The notes under the pieces: model-generated
The model's database searches: none
What the model saw: only the letters and a program-made list of their open reading frames with translations
What the model was told of the DNA's origin: nothing
Assembly (NCBI GenBank): GCA_001643675.2
Contig: LSRY02000012.1
Location: forward strand, 1,054,001 to 1,118,000
DNA length: 64,000 nt
Direction of reading: 5' to 3'
From: Monocercomonoides exilis PA203
Taxonomy: Eukaryota > Protista > Preaxostyla
Program-made: the position numbers and the translations under genes
In this document: piece after piece, positions 26,230 through 37,689 of the stretch
Numbering within the stretch: the first letter of the stretch is position 1
Layout: the number at the start of each line of letters is the position of its first letter

Positions 26230-29200
26230 ATGAAATCGTCGGTTATAATATCGGCATTTCAGAATCTAGTCACAAAACCGGTTCTGGTGGAAGAAGCAGA
26301 AAATGAGCCATTTTTCACAGTAATTTCAGTCATGAGATCCATTTTTGAACATTGGAAATTTTTAACAAAGGAAAAAACTGAAATGGTCGATTCTGTTGAT
26401 GTCAATGACTATTCTTCTCTGTTGCACTTTTGCATAAAAAAATGTACTATTGCAGAGGGGAGATTACAAGATTCAGAAGATTTATCAGATTCAGAACTGC
26501 TTGATTCTTTTTATGTTCACTTGTTTTCTGTCGTAGCTGGTTCTCAACTTCCACAAAAAGAGAAAAGAACTTTAAATGATCTCTACTCAACAATGGCAAT
26601 GTGCATTCTTGCGACCGTTGCGGCACAGTCCGAAAAACATGCGACAGATATATCTGGATTAATTAGAATTTATCCTCAAGCATGGGAAAAGATAATTGAA
26701 AAAGCAAACAAGCAATCATCGATGTATCTGTTAAGGGACGGTGTTCTTGCGTTTTTTCATTGCGTTTCAGCCTCACGGAAAGCTCTTGCTATTCGAACAA
26801 TGATATTAAATCGTTCAACAACTTTATTCTTCAAAGGAATGAGAAACTGGAGTAGAAACACACTAAAGTTAATGAACTCACTTCTTTTTAAGTATTATCT
26901 AGATAGCGAAGCTTCTGTATTTGCTGAAAAGCAAGATGAAGAAAATACAACTTCATATTCGACATTTATTATTCCTGTAGATACTCCTTTCACATCACCT
27001 ATTTCTCAAAGCCTACAACTTCTTATGCTTCATGATAGTTTATTTTACCCAATGTTTGACAATCTTGACGGAAGGATTTCTGATAATGCACAGGATCTTG
27101 ATTCATATTTGAAGCTTGTTTGCCAAATTGTGTGGACTCTTCTTCACGCGGAAAGATTTACAAGAACCACAACAAACGATGGAGTTGAGACTGTTTCAGT
27201 TGTTGATCCAATCATCTCACGTTCCGTGCGCGATCCTTCAATCTCCAAGCTAAGAGACAGCCGCCTTTTCAAAGTCTGCCAGTTGCTTCCAGTACACAAA
27301 AATGCAGTTATGTCTACTCTTCTCACCTCCGTTGTTACTCATCTTCCATCTTTGGGTGCTCTTCTGCTTTCTCCGCAATTGAGCGCATTCACATCTTGGG
27401 CTTCTCTGACGAGGAAGGCGTCGAATGGTCTGAGTGCCCTTGCTGGTTGGACTGCAATTGAAAGAATGTTAGCAGCTGTGAAAGATGGAATGGAGAAAGG
27501 AAGGCAAGTTGACGCTCTCGAAAGAGAGAGGCGAAGTCAAAATCAGATGGCAAAGGGCAGAAAGTGGAGCAGAGACACGCTTTTGCTGATGTGGATGATG
27601 GGAATAGACTCAGATGCCAATGAAGCAATTACAGATGCCATGCAGACGCGAAAACTGAAAGAAATTAGAAATGAAATCAAACAAGAAGAAGAAGAAAATG
27701 ATGATGATGACGGCGAAGACGAAGAAGAAGAAGATGATGATGAAGACAACACAGGAAGTGAAGATATTGATTTGAGAGAAATGATATCGGACACAGAAAA
27801 AGAAGATGCCAAAGGCATTCTTCCTCATATTCGCACTTCAGAACCATCTCATTCATTTTGGACTTCATTTGCAGCTGCTCCAAACATTGCATTATCTTCT
27901 GAGCATTCAATGGCAGAGACGATTATGCTCTCTTCATCTGCTTCCACCTCTGCCTCCACTTCATCTTCATCAGCGCTTTTGCACCACCACGGACCAAAGA
28001 TATTCGCAGGGTTAAATTTCCCTGCTGTTCCTCTTTCTGCCATCAGATCCAACATTATCGAAGGGACGCCATATGCCTGTGCATCAATGCTGACTCTTGT
28101 GCTGCGCTTCCTTCAGATCCTCAGTGAATGGCGCAAAGAAAGACTACAAGCCCATCAGCAACAGCAGAGCACAGGCAAGAATATGACAAAGAGCTCATCT
28201 GAAGAGGATATCATACACATTGAGTCAATTGTTGAACACTGTGTACCAAAAGAAGATATGTTCCTTAAGCAGCTGGAGAAGGCTCGAAAGGGCATTATCG
28301 AAGGCGGAACTTCTATTTCAGTCAGCTCATACATCACAAAAAACTGGCTGACTGTTATGTGTTCGCGTATCCTAACTTTATATCGCTTTTGCATGCCGAC
28401 GGCAATCACAGCATCGTCCCATACGTTTTTCAACACTCTTTTCCAGACACCCTTGTTTCAGACATTTCGCTCATCTGTGAACACTTCCTATGGTGATTAT
28501 GCCTCCTTGCAGCAAAGAGACATTCTGGCAAAGCGGAGCGGAACGTGGATCAAATCTAAGTCTGTCCCGCTGCAGCTGAGCGACAAGCCGTTGGGGACAG
28601 TAAGCGGTAGTATGAGCTCTGTGCTCTGCTGGGCGCTTCAGTTTTTCGGATCGACGCCGGTGCTTCGGAATAATCTCCTTGAGTGGATTGTTCTAAATGA
28701 ACAAAGCGAGCAACTTCCTTCAGATGGAAGAAATATCTCTAATGATTCACTTGCATTGAAGGCTGGCAGCTTAATTTCTGAAAATTCGATATTGTCGCTT
28801 TCAGAAAAGCAGCTTGCCCGCGCGAAGACACAGCTACAGTTTCATGTTCCTTGGAAAGTAGACTTCCAATATGCAATTTCACAGATTCGAAGAGTGGGGC
28901 CTCTTCTGACAGTGCTGCGGTGGGTGGACATGTTAAGCGACTGGAGAAACAAGACTTCAGATGTTGATAAGTCTGTCAGTTCTTTGAAGTCTCTTGCTGT
29001 TATCACTCACAGCATCGCCTTTTCGGTTATTCGAACAAGCGGCCTCTTCATTCGTTCATCTATCCCACTTCTGCAGTTTTTGTCATTGTGCTCCAATCCA
29101 GTTCAGTTTGAAATGGCAAAGAATGAGTCAATTATCCAGCACAGAGGAGAAAATGTGATATTTATGTGCGGAGTGCTGGTGAGCACGATTCAAAACAGCA

Positions 29201-32200
29201 TCCTTTTCGCACAGACTGTCAGAGATGCACAGAAATTAGCACAGAAGTTGTCAAAATCTCTCTCTGAATGCTCCACCGAGTCTTTAGTTGACTCAATTCA
29301 ACTGATGAAAAACGAATCAAGTCAAGATTCAAAATATGATGCCCCAGTTTATCCATCGTTGGCCTTACTTCCATCTTTTCTATGTTCTGTGCTGAATCCC
29401 AGAGTCGTCATTGCTGTGATTGTCAGCTCCAACAGAGCCAGCCAGCTGACGCCTCCTGAGCAGCTGCCAGTGGACGATGTGCTGACTGCTTCGGAAGAGG
29501 CAGTGATGGCTCATCTGTGCAGAGTTTGTGCGCTGTATTGGATCGCCCGCGGGTGGGCGACAAATGAATGGGAGACACTTGAACAGCTGCTGGTTACGAC
29601 GCTATATGCGATGAGCAAGGCAAAGCAGAAAAAGAATAAGAAGGCGACTAAAAAGGCTTCAAAGAGCAAAACACCGTATGTTGATATGTCTTTGAGTGGA
29701 AAGCCGAAATCAGCGCAAATTGAGATTTTGGAGAAAGAAGATTCATCTGAGAGCGATATGGATGAAGAAATGGCACCCAAAAAGAGAAAAATTGGAGAAC
29801 TTAAGGAAGACAATGAAGATGAAGAGGCTTTTGATAGCATTACAGACGATTCCTCTTTTGCTAATTCTGATTTATCTTCAAAAGACATGATTGAATCATT
29901 GCTTCCTTCAAACATTCCTCATTCTGTTGTACAAATAATTGTCTGGCTTCATTGGCATCTTTCACTTATGGCAAAGTTGAAGAAAGGGCAGATTTTCAGT
30001 GTCCATTCGGTGAAAGTCAATTCCTCAGAAGAGAAACAGAATTCTGAGGACGAGTTAACAATGCAGGAAGTTTGTGACAGTGTTTATTCGCTGTTGTATC
30101 TTCAGCCTTCGATTGATGAATCAAAGAAAGGTGGGCTGACTCACGCATTTCGCGGGGTTGTGATGGCAGAGGGAGTCAACACGATGATTGGTGAGTGGAT
30201 GGAAAAGCGAGCAAAAGATGCTGAGGATGAAACTAAAAAACGAAAGGTGGGGTCAAAAGAGAAGAAGGAAAAGAAGCGCAAATCAAAACATTCAAAGAAA
30301 ACAGAGAAGGAAGATAAAGATAAAGATAATGATGGTGGAGATGATGAAAGGGATCAAGACACAAGCTTGGAGCAACAAAGATACCAAAAAGAATTTGAAG
30401 AAAGGCATTCATCGTTTATGGAATCAGCAAGTGTTGTGAAGATGACATGTGAAAAGTTTCTGACGCGTCTTAAGAAAGATCTCAGTAAATTACCAACTGA
30501 AAGCAAGAAAAAAGGAAGAAAATCAGCATTTTGTGTTGACAAGTCTTCGATTGTATTACCTGCTCTTCTGAATGCGTTGGACTTGACAACTCGAACATAC
30601 CTAACTGTCTCAGATGCACAAAAGGCAGCTGTAGAACAGGGGCAACAGGAAAAGACTCTTGTAGCGGAGGAGATATCTCTTATCTCCTCAACTTTGGAGC
30701 TCTTCTCTTCCTGTCTCCATCGTTTGATCACTGGAATCTTTTATTCTTGGTTGTCTTCAGAAGGCAGATTATCTGCTGATGCAGATGAAAGCCAAAGATT
30801 ATCTGACTCTGCTACATCAACTGCAACTCAATCGTCTTCGTCATCGCTTTTGTTCCATGCGCTCAAGGAACGGGATCATATTGGGCAAGACGATGCTCTG
30901 TATCGGGAAGGGTGGAGTGTGTTTGACGGGATGTTGTCTGAAGAACAGCAGATGATCTGCAAAAACGGCTGTTGTGGAATGACAATTCTGCAGCTGGATG
31001 TGTGGATGGAGGCATTCAGACGTTGGATGGGAATTCTGATAAAAGAAACGATGCTGTTTGAAACAAACAATGCAGAAGAGACAGAAGACAACTCAATCAA
31101 ATCATCTATAAAACATTCATTTGACATAATGATATCGCAACTGTCTGACATTCCTGAGGAGAATAGCAATCAATCGTTGGTGAAGGTAATTAGAAGAGCT
31201 GTTTCGGATAGCGTGGCTTGTTCTTCAATCGATTTGCTTTCTTTGAATCCTGAGCAGTATTCTTCGTTCATTCATGCTGAAAATCTGAAATTGAGCTTTG
31301 TCAAGCTTGTTCATTCATTCCTCAAAAGTGACACGTTAAGCGTTAGTGATGCTTTGTTTATTCTGTCAAAATTGACAGAGCAAAATTATTTAAGCCTATC
31401 AGAAGATGACTTAAGTAAGATTACAACAAAGGCACAGCTAATCAAACTTATTAAAGATGTCGAAAAGCGTCAACAACATGAAATTAATCCAAAACAAGAA
31501 GGCGATGAAGACATAGAGAGCGAGAGTGATGAAGAAGAATCTTCTGATGAAAGCAGCAGTGAAGAAGATGAGGAAGCAAGTGAATCGCAAACAAAAGAAA
31601 GTGAAGCATTAACCAAAAAAATGAAGCCATCTGTTGGCAATTTATGTGCCAATGGGCAATTATCTCACCAGATCTCAGTTGCTATTTTGCAGTTAAATGA
31701 AAAGGGAATGCTGAGCGGTGATCTCAATCGTGCATTGCCCATTATAAACCCAACAAAGGAGTTTGTTTCTGGACTGATTCCATATTTTGAAAGTGCATCT
31801 CTTGCATCATCATCATCATCTCTTGAACAGCAAGCTGACCTTCCTGCTCCAAAGAAATTCTACAAGTTTGCATTGTCTCTCATCAAATCGTTGAAGCACA
31901 GCACATCTTCATCCAGCAAAAAGAAGAAAAAGGAAACAGCTTCAGTCACTCCATCAATGCAGCACATGCACAACATTGAGAGTATTATCAGTGCGGTTGT
32001 GGGGATTGATGCATCAATCATTCAGACATATCCTATTGATGATTACGAGCACACAGTGAAGAAAAAGCATTCAAAAGTCAAATCTATTTACGGACTGAAA
32101 ATAAAGAAAACTAAGAATTTATTGTCTTTTATAGAAAAGCAACAGAGCAAAGTGACTGATTCAATTCAGAAACTTTTGAAATACAAGCCAACTCAGCAAA

Positions 32201-35200
32201 AAATGACGCAGAAATCCGAAGAGTCAAACTCTGAATCTGAATCAGATTCAAGTTCAAACTCAGATTCTGGCTCGGACTCAAGTTCAGACACTGATTCATC
32301 AACTAAATCAAAATCAAAATCAAAAGCAAAGGCAAAAGCAAAAGCAAAGCACAGCAAAAAAACAGAGGAAGTGCAGTTATCACAGCCAGAAATATCGCTG
32401 TCAGAAGGGGAAGCTGCAAATGTGGTGGTTGGTTGCATAGTTGGCTGTTGGATTCTTTCACAGAACAGATCACCTGAGTCGCCTAGAAAAGATGGTGAAA
32501 AAGGCGAAGAAAACAAAGAGAAAGTAATGCTTGTTGATGAAGATGATTATGTGGAATGCCTGGCAAATCTATTAAATAGCCTTGTTTTAGTTGTTTGTAT
32601 CTGGCTTCTGTCTATAAAAGATTCTTCGAATTTCTCCTCTTTATTCAAATGGAGCCCCGAATTTTCTACTTCATTCAGTTCCCTTCTTTCTTCTCTTCTT
32701 CCGTTTCTCTTATCTTTTCTCAAGACAACCTGGGAGCTGCACATGAAAATACTGCTTGCAATGAATGAATCCGAGCGGAAGAGCTCAAAAGCGCAGCTGT
32801 CCAAAGAGAAGCGGAACTCCATTCTGTCTCTCATTCGGAGTGCGTCTCTTTTCTCAGGTGCAACCCTTTCCTGGCTTCTTTGCCTCACTTCGTCAGACAC
32901 AAATGTCATTTCGTCGAACGCTGCCAAGTCAATTGAATCTCTTGTTTCCTTCACATCATCACTTCACTCAACAGTCTCCTCTCTCTCTTTCGGGTTTAAC
33001 ACTCCGAGTTTCTCAAATTCCTATTCCAGCACATATCCTGAGAGATACGAACCACATCGGCAGATCCAAGCGTTTCTCTCAGCAATTCATGAAGAATACT
33101 TCCCTCTTCTCGATCTTCTTTATGGAATTTCTGATCCTTCTTCTTCCTCATCCTCAGCTGCATCTCACCTTCCATTCAGTTCTATCTTTATGGATTCTGC
33201 TTTGTATGATTCCACACAAACTTCACTTTCGGCCAAAATAGAAAATATATTCTGTCTGTCATATCCTTCACTGTTTCCTGCATCCAATCTGCTCTCCACA
33301 TATCTATCATCTCTTTTATCTTCCTCACAGCCATCATCTGCCCTTGTAGAACTGATGCAATTGTCACATGCTTCACTTCTTTCAAAAGGCTCTGTGCTTT
33401 CCTATGGTTCTCTTCTTTTGTATTACTCGCTCTATCGCTCTTCATATCAGCCCCGTATTTCTGCATCTTCGCTTCTCAAAGCACAGCTTATGTTTGCAGA
33501 GTCAATGAGCTCGTTCTGTGATGCCTCTTTGTCTTCTCTTTCACAAAACATCTTGAGCCTCCTCAGATCATATGTGTCTTCTGTCCCTGGCTTTGTGGCA
33601 ATGGATGTGATGTGGATGCTTCAAAACACCCAGCAAAGGAAGAGTGCAGCATTAAAGCTGGCAGGCAGTTTGAGTGAAGATGCTTCACAGACATTCAATG
33701 AATATCAAACAGGAGCAGAAGAGAACGACAGAGAAGGTGCAGAGAAAACAGATAGTCAGTCGAAAGAGGATGTTGAGAGAGAACGCAGTCGCACTCTGCT
33801 TTATCGCTGGCTGCACAACTCAAGCGAGCAAAACTGGAACAAAATCAGTGCAGCATTGCTGGATCGTTTTATTGTCTGGATCAAAATCGGTGCTGCTTCT
33901 GTGTTTGAAGGGAGATTCCTTGATGAATTGAAAGCAAACAGTCAAACAAAGTTTGGCTCTCAAGCACATCAGCAGAGTTGGAAGTCAGTTGAACCACAAT
34001 CATCATCTTCAGAGATATCTGCTTCAAGCTCAATGAGTCCAGTGTCTGTATACTCATCTGTTCTCAGATGGGAGCATTTCCAGAAATTGAAGGTGCCATC
34101 GTTCCTTAATGAAGTGCTGGAAGATTCATTTGCTCGCCGGCAGATGGAAGCGAAAGAGAGGCATCAGCACCGTTATCAGCAATCTGGCTATTCATCTTAT
34201 TCTTCAAATTCATACAATGAATACGATGAGAAACGCACTGAGACCACAAGCAACACAATAAAGCCCTTCTCCATCTCCACCACAATCCCATCGATCCTTT
34301 CGCTTCTCTCTCCTCAGCGCTTGTCTCTCACTGACCAGACGCTGGTTTGGCTGAACCAGCAGTCCGCACTCCGAACAACTGGAGACACAAGAGCAGAGGT
34401 TCTTTTGTATTCTGTGTGTGGAGAAGACAAAAAGGGAAAAGAGGACGAAGTTGAAGATTCAAGAAAAATTGATATTAAACACAGAAACCACAATGAATTG
34501 ATTCTTTCAGGTGCAAATAAGACTCAAAGCAAAAAGAACAGAAAAGAAAAGGAATTAACTCCTGTATTTGCTGCAGACACACTACCAAAGACGGAGATAT
34601 TTGAGAAAGTGTATGACATTAGTGTTCTTGTGCCAATCGTCCACCAGTGGCTGAGAGATGCGCTTCTGCCGTTTATTCACTGGGCAGAAGAGCAACAGCG
34701 CATCAGTGCTGAAGAAATAGCCAGAAGAGAAAGAGAAAAGAAAGAAGAGAAAGAAGCACAGAAAAACCAGCAAGATGAGCAAAACGAGCAAAACGAGCAA
34801 GACCAGCAAAAAAATGAGGAGAGGCCATCACAGAAAAAGCAGTCATTTGAGAAGACTGTTTTGCAAGCTGCGAAGAACTTGCCTTTTACTCTTCCACCTT
34901 CAGTGCTGTTTGGCTTGTCGTCGTTCCTTGTGCATCTGTCACACACTGGACTTCTTTCAGTGCTGTGCATGTCACTTTCCCACCAGTGCCCGTTTCTGAG
35001 GAGTCTTTCTCTATCTTCTCTTTCGATCTGCTTCAGACTGAGCCAAATACTCCGCACAATCAGCATCCGCCAGCCCAAGACACTGCTCCAGATGAGGCCT
35101 GGCCCGAATGCCTCGAAGGAAAAGAAGCGGATGTACTATGCAGCACTCGACAGGGCACAGAAAGCTGCTGCTGCGTTGGGGCTGCCTCTGTCCGCTGCTA

Positions 35201-37128
35201 CACTTTCTCTGCAAGGGTTCGGCCAGTCAGACGGTGTCAATCCATTTGGTGGGGTTTCCTTGCAGCACTTTGACGTGTTCTGTGATCTGATCTCTGCTCC
35301 TTTGTGGATGACGCTCCCGAAGTTCACAGCACCTTACTTCCAGGTTGTGGACTATCAGAATCTCGGCCGTGGCAAAGACGAGCTGAATGATGGGGTTATT
35401 CCAACAGTCTCAACTGGCTCACAGCTTCATTTCAAGCGCACACAAGTAACCCCACTCCATTTTGTGCTGGAGTCATTTAAAAACAGCCTTGTTCTCAACC
35501 CATTTGATGAAAAAGCAGAAAGTTCTTCACAGCCACCGAAAAAACAATGGTTTACAACTCCTCGAGCTGTCAGCATTCGAGTTGCTCGGCTGTTTTCTCG
35601 TGCGTTCAGTGTGTGCACCACTGTGACGCATCCATTCTTCTCAGACATCCTGCGCCCAGCCACAATACGCGGGTACGTCTCATCGCGTGTGCTTCCCTTT
35701 GTGTTTGACAACGTGATCGTCGAGAGAGGAGCAGTGCAGTATTCGCGGGAGCTGCGCAGAGACCGCCAGCAGGCTGTGCTTAAAGGAGGAGAATCGGCTG
35801 AGCTCGACCAGGTGTTTGCAATCGAAGGGATGGAGGAGCACCACTCGTGCAACTGGGCCATCGACTATCTCATGGCAGTGCTTCGCGATGAGCGGCTGTT
35901 CCACACTTTTTCGCTCGGCCCGTACTCAACGCACTTGCTGCATCCACTCCACACGCACTCCAATGAGATGTCCACTGACAAGCTGGTCGTGTTTGATCAT
36001 ATCCCTCGCCACTGCTTGTCTCTGATGTATCCATGCAGTGTTGTTACTGAGCAAAGCGTCGCTCTGCGCGACTCCACTCAGGAAACAGCGAGGATGGGGT
36101 GGCTGGTGCCTACACACATAATGGAGGAGCTGGCAGTCCTGCTGTGCAGCGTGCTGCAGAATGCGTCGTGGATTGTGATGCCGCTGTGGGACGCGCAGAA
36201 TCTGTTTGGGTGGTGTGATGCGATGGTCGAGTGGGTGTGTGTGATGAGCGAGACAGGCAGCTCCGAGCAGCTCCTGACAGACACAGAAATGCAAGGCGCG
36301 GCTCTGAACAAGGCCAAAGAGAAAGAGGTTGATCTGGAAGAGCTGCCGACTGAGGCCGAAGCCTCGGGAGTTTTTTTGAATCCGCTGAGGAAAGCGTCGC
36401 AGCTGCGTATAAGGCGGCCAAACAACCCGCGCCGGCTGATTTTGGTTGTTGCGATGATTCTTGACTGTGTCAGCAAGGCAGCCCTGCTGAGGGTGCAGCA
36501 GAGCATCAACAAGACCATGTCTCCGAAGTATCACTTGATCAAAAATCAGGTTAAAACTGTGGGGAGAGATGAAAAGCCAACCTCACAGAGTGTGCAGATG
36601 CAATTAGAAATAGAGAAAGAAGATGAAGAGGATGAAGATGTGGATGTCTCAGAGGAAGAAAGTGAGGAGGAAAACATCTCAGACAGCGAAAACGAGGAAA
36701 GCAGCTTCGTAGATGAGGAAGATGACGGAATTGAGCCTAACTTTGAGTCAACAGACAAAGCAAAGTCAAATGTTTCTTTTGATAAAGCAGAGCAATCACG
36801 CACTTACACTTACAACCTCTTTTTGAAAGAGCTTCGCAGGGGACTCTCTGTCTTGGCAGATGCTGGAAATTTCGCAAAGAAACTTTTCTTTGCTGTTCAA
36901 AAACTCGCTTTTCCTGTTAATTTTGCAACTCCACTTTTTTACTCTTCAAGATGCATGGAAAATACTCAAACTCGATTCTGCTTTGCGGCAAAAGAAGCTG
37001 AAAAAGCTTTGAACAGATTTTTGCATGGCTCCAAAGCAGAATTTGCACAGGGTCTTTCTGTCTCCAACTCGAAAGTCTTCGAGGAAGTTATGAATTGGAT
37101 AAATATTGCAAATAAGATAAATACTTAA
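26230..37128 (+). CDS. URB1: Very large (3,632 aa) single-ORF protein, probable URB1/Npa1 nucleolar pre-60S factor
   Basis: Uninterrupted ORF. C-terminal segments VYDISVLVP, GLLSVLCMSLS..LRSLSLSSL, LESFKNSL, LFSRA..HPFF..LPF and WAIDYL..LRD follow the order of the NopRA1 C-terminal domain. FFKGM..TLKLMN resembles the Npa1 N-terminal domain. Recognised by eye only. Confidence 0.6.
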   Translation: MKSSVIISAFQNLVTKPVLVEEAENEPFFTVISVMRSIFEHWKFLTKEKTEMVDSVDVNDYSSLLHFCIKKCTIAEGRLQDSEDLSDSELLDSFYVHLFSVVAGSQLPQKEKRTLNDLYSTMAMCILATVAAQSEKHATDISGLIRIYPQAWEKIIEKANKQSSMYLLRDGVLAFFHCVSASRKALAIRTMILNRSTTLFFKGMRNWSRNTLKLMNSLLFKYYLDSEASVFAEKQDEENTTSYSTFIIPVDTPFTSPISQSLQLLMLHDSLFYPMFDNLDGRISDNAQDLDSYLKLVCQIVWTLLHAERFTRTTTNDGVETVSVVDPIISRSVRDPSISKLRDSRLFKVCQLLPVHKNAVMSTLLTSVVTHLPSLGALLLSPQLSAFTSWASLTRKASNGLSALAGWTAIERMLAAVKDGMEKGRQVDALERERRSQNQMAKGRKWSRDTLLLMWMMGIDSDANEAITDAMQTRKLKEIRNEIKQEEEENDDDDGEDEEEEDDDEDNTGSEDIDLREMISDTEKEDAKGILPHIRTSEPSHSFWTSFAAAPNIALSSEHSMAETIMLSSSASTSASTSSSSALLHHHGPKIFAGLNFPAVPLSAIRSNIIEGTPYACASMLTLVLRFLQILSEWRKERLQAHQQQQSTGKNMTKSSSEEDIIHIESIVEHCVPKEDMFLKQLEKARKGIIEGGTSISVSSYITKNWLTVMCSRILTLYRFCMPTAITASSHTFFNTLFQTPLFQTFRSSVNTSYGDYASLQQRDILAKRSGTWIKSKSVPLQLSDKPLGTVSGSMSSVLCWALQFFGSTPVLRNNLLEWIVLNEQSEQLPSDGRNISNDSLALKAGSLISENSILSLSEKQLARAKTQLQFHVPWKVDFQYAISQIRRVGPLLTVLRWVDMLSDWRNKTSDVDKSVSSLKSLAVITHSIAFSVIRTSGLFIRSSIPLLQFLSLCSNPVQFEMAKNESIIQHRGENVIFMCGVLVSTIQNSILFAQTVRDAQKLAQKLSKSLSECSTESLVDSIQLMKNESSQDSKYDAPVYPSLALLPSFLCSVLNPRVVIAVIVSSNRASQLTPPEQLPVDDVLTASEEAVMAHLCRVCALYWIARGWATNEWETLEQLLVTTLYAMSKAKQKKNKKATKKASKSKTPYVDMSLSGKPKSAQIEILEKEDSSESDMDEEMAPKKRKIGELKEDNEDEEAFDSITDDSSFANSDLSSKDMIESLLPSNIPHSVVQIIVWLHWHLSLMAKLKKGQIFSVHSVKVNSSEEKQNSEDELTMQEVCDSVYSLLYLQPSIDESKKGGLTHAFRGVVMAEGVNTMIGEWMEKRAKDAEDETKKRKVGSKEKKEKKRKSKHSKKTEKEDKDKDNDGGDDERDQDTSLEQQRYQKEFEERHSSFMESASVVKMTCEKFLTRLKKDLSKLPTESKKKGRKSAFCVDKSSIVLPALLNALDLTTRTYLTVSDAQKAAVEQGQQEKTLVAEEISLISSTLELFSSCLHRLITGIFYSWLSSEGRLSADADESQRLSDSATSTATQSSSSSLLFHALKERDHIGQDDALYREGWSVFDGMLSEEQQMICKNGCCGMTILQLDVWMEAFRRWMGILIKETMLFETNNAEETEDNSIKSSIKHSFDIMISQLSDIPEENSNQSLVKVIRRAVSDSVACSSIDLLSLNPEQYSSFIHAENLKLSFVKLVHSFLKSDTLSVSDALFILSKLTEQNYLSLSEDDLSKITTKAQLIKLIKDVEKRQQHEINPKQEGDEDIESESDEEESSDESSSEEDEEASESQTKESEALTKKMKPSVGNLCANGQLSHQISVAILQLNEKGMLSGDLNRALPIINPTKEFVSGLIPYFESASLASSSSSLEQQADLPAPKKFYKFALSLIKSLKHSTSSSSKKKKKETASVTPSMQHMHNIESIISAVVGIDASIIQTYPIDDYEHTVKKKHSKVKSIYGLKIKKTKNLLSFIEKQQSKVTDSIQKLLKYKPTQQKMTQKSEESNSESESDSSSNSDSGSDSSSDTDSSTKSKSKSKAKAKAKAKHSKKTEEVQLSQPEISLSEGEAANVVVGCIVGCWILSQNRSPESPRKDGEKGEENKEKVMLVDEDDYVECLANLLNSLVLVVCIWLLSIKDSSNFSSLFKWSPEFSTSFSSLLSSLLPFLLSFLKTTWELHMKILLAMNESERKSSKAQLSKEKRNSILSLIRSASLFSGATLSWLLCLTSSDTNVISSNAAKSIESLVSFTSSLHSTVSSLSFGFNTPSFSNSYSSTYPERYEPHRQIQAFLSAIHEEYFPLLDLLYGISDPSSSSSSAASHLPFSSIFMDSALYDSTQTSLSAKIENIFCLSYPSLFPASNLLSTYLSSLLSSSQPSSALVELMQLSHASLLSKGSVLSYGSLLLYYSLYRSSYQPRISASSLLKAQLMFAESMSSFCDASLSSLSQNILSLLRSYVSSVPGFVAMDVMWMLQNTQQRKSAALKLAGSLSEDASQTFNEYQTGAEENDREGAEKTDSQSKEDVERERSRTLLYRWLHNSSEQNWNKISAALLDRFIVWIKIGAASVFEGRFLDELKANSQTKFGSQAHQQSWKSVEPQSSSSEISASSSMSPVSVYSSVLRWEHFQKLKVPSFLNEVLEDSFARRQMEAKERHQHRYQQSGYSSYSSNSYNEYDEKRTETTSNTIKPFSISTTIPSILSLLSPQRLSLTDQTLVWLNQQSALRTTGDTRAEVLLYSVCGEDKKGKEDEVEDSRKIDIKHRNHNELILSGANKTQSKKNRKEKELTPVFAADTLPKTEIFEKVYDISVLVPIVHQWLRDALLPFIHWAEEQQRISAEEIARREREKKEEKEAQKNQQDEQNEQNEQDQQKNEERPSQKKQSFEKTVLQAAKNLPFTLPPSVLFGLSSFLVHLSHTGLLSVLCMSLSHQCPFLRSLSLSSLSICFRLSQILRTISIRQPKTLLQMRPGPNASKEKKRMYYAALDRAQKAAAALGLPLSAATLSLQGFGQSDGVNPFGGVSLQHFDVFCDLISAPLWMTLPKFTAPYFQVVDYQNLGRGKDELNDGVIPTVSTGSQLHFKRTQVTPLHFVLESFKNSLVLNPFDEKAESSSQPPKKQWFTTPRAVSIRVARLFSRAFSVCTTVTHPFFSDILRPATIRGYVSSRVLPFVFDNVIVERGAVQYSRELRRDRQQAVLKGGESAELDQVFAIEGMEEHHSCNWAIDYLMAVLRDERLFHTFSLGPYSTHLLHPLHTHSNEMSTDKLVVFDHIPRHCLSLMYPCSVVTEQSVALRDSTQETARMGWLVPTHIMEELAVLLCSVLQNASWIVMPLWDAQNLFGWCDAMVEWVCVMSETGSSEQLLTDTEMQGAALNKAKEKEVDLEELPTEAEASGVFLNPLRKASQLRIRRPNNPRRLILVVAMILDCVSKAALLRVQQSINKTMSPKYHLIKNQVKTVGRDEKPTSQSVQMQLEIEKEDEEDEDVDVSEEESEEENISDSENEESSFVDEEDDGIEPNFESTDKAKSNVSFDKAEQSRTYTYNLFLKELRRGLSVLADAGNFAKKLFFAVQKLAFPVNFATPLFYSSRCMENTQTRFCFAAKEAEKALNRFLHGSKAEFAQGLSVSNSKVFEEVMNWINIANKINT

Positions 37129-37344
37129 AAATAATAATTTAAAAATTTTAATTATAAATTTGAATTTGTTCACTTCACCTCACTTCAGTAATATTTCGTG
37201 ATAAATATATATTTTTCATTCATAATGTTTCGAAAATTGAAGTTAAATATTTTGGAAATACAAACGTCAACATCTAATTTAAGATATGGGTCTTAAAAAT
37301 TGAGTTATACGCATTAATTGATCTATTGCAATCGTTAAGCTATA

Positions 37345-37689
37345 ATGCTTATTAAAGTCAAAGTATACTGTTGATTTATTCATGAAAATCTTCTTAACAA
37401 TGTGTTTTAAATGATATTACAGTCTCTTACAGGCCGAGAACTTGAATTTGATATGGGCGCAACTGATAAAGTTTGTATCCAACTAATTTTTTGTTGTAGC
37501 AATATATTTCGAATTTTACAGGTTTTCTTGCTTAAGGGAAAGATTGAAGAGAAAATTGGAATTGCCCCAGTTCAGCAAAGATTGTTATTCAATGGACGTC
37601 CAATGCAAGATGAAAAAAGCTTTCAAGAACAAAATGTTTCAGCAGGAAGCGTTGTCCATCTCGTTTTGGCATTGAGAGGTGGATTTTAA
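37345..37689 (+). CDS. NEDD8: Ubiquitin-like protein NEDD8/Rub1, 3 exons
   Basis: MLIKVK-SLTGRELEFDMGATDK-VFLLKGKIEEKIGIAPVQQRLLFNG..VHLVLALRGG-F. The MLIKVK start and LALRGG (Ala72) are NEDD8 signatures. Introns at 37363-37422 and 37471-37521. Confidence 0.9.
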
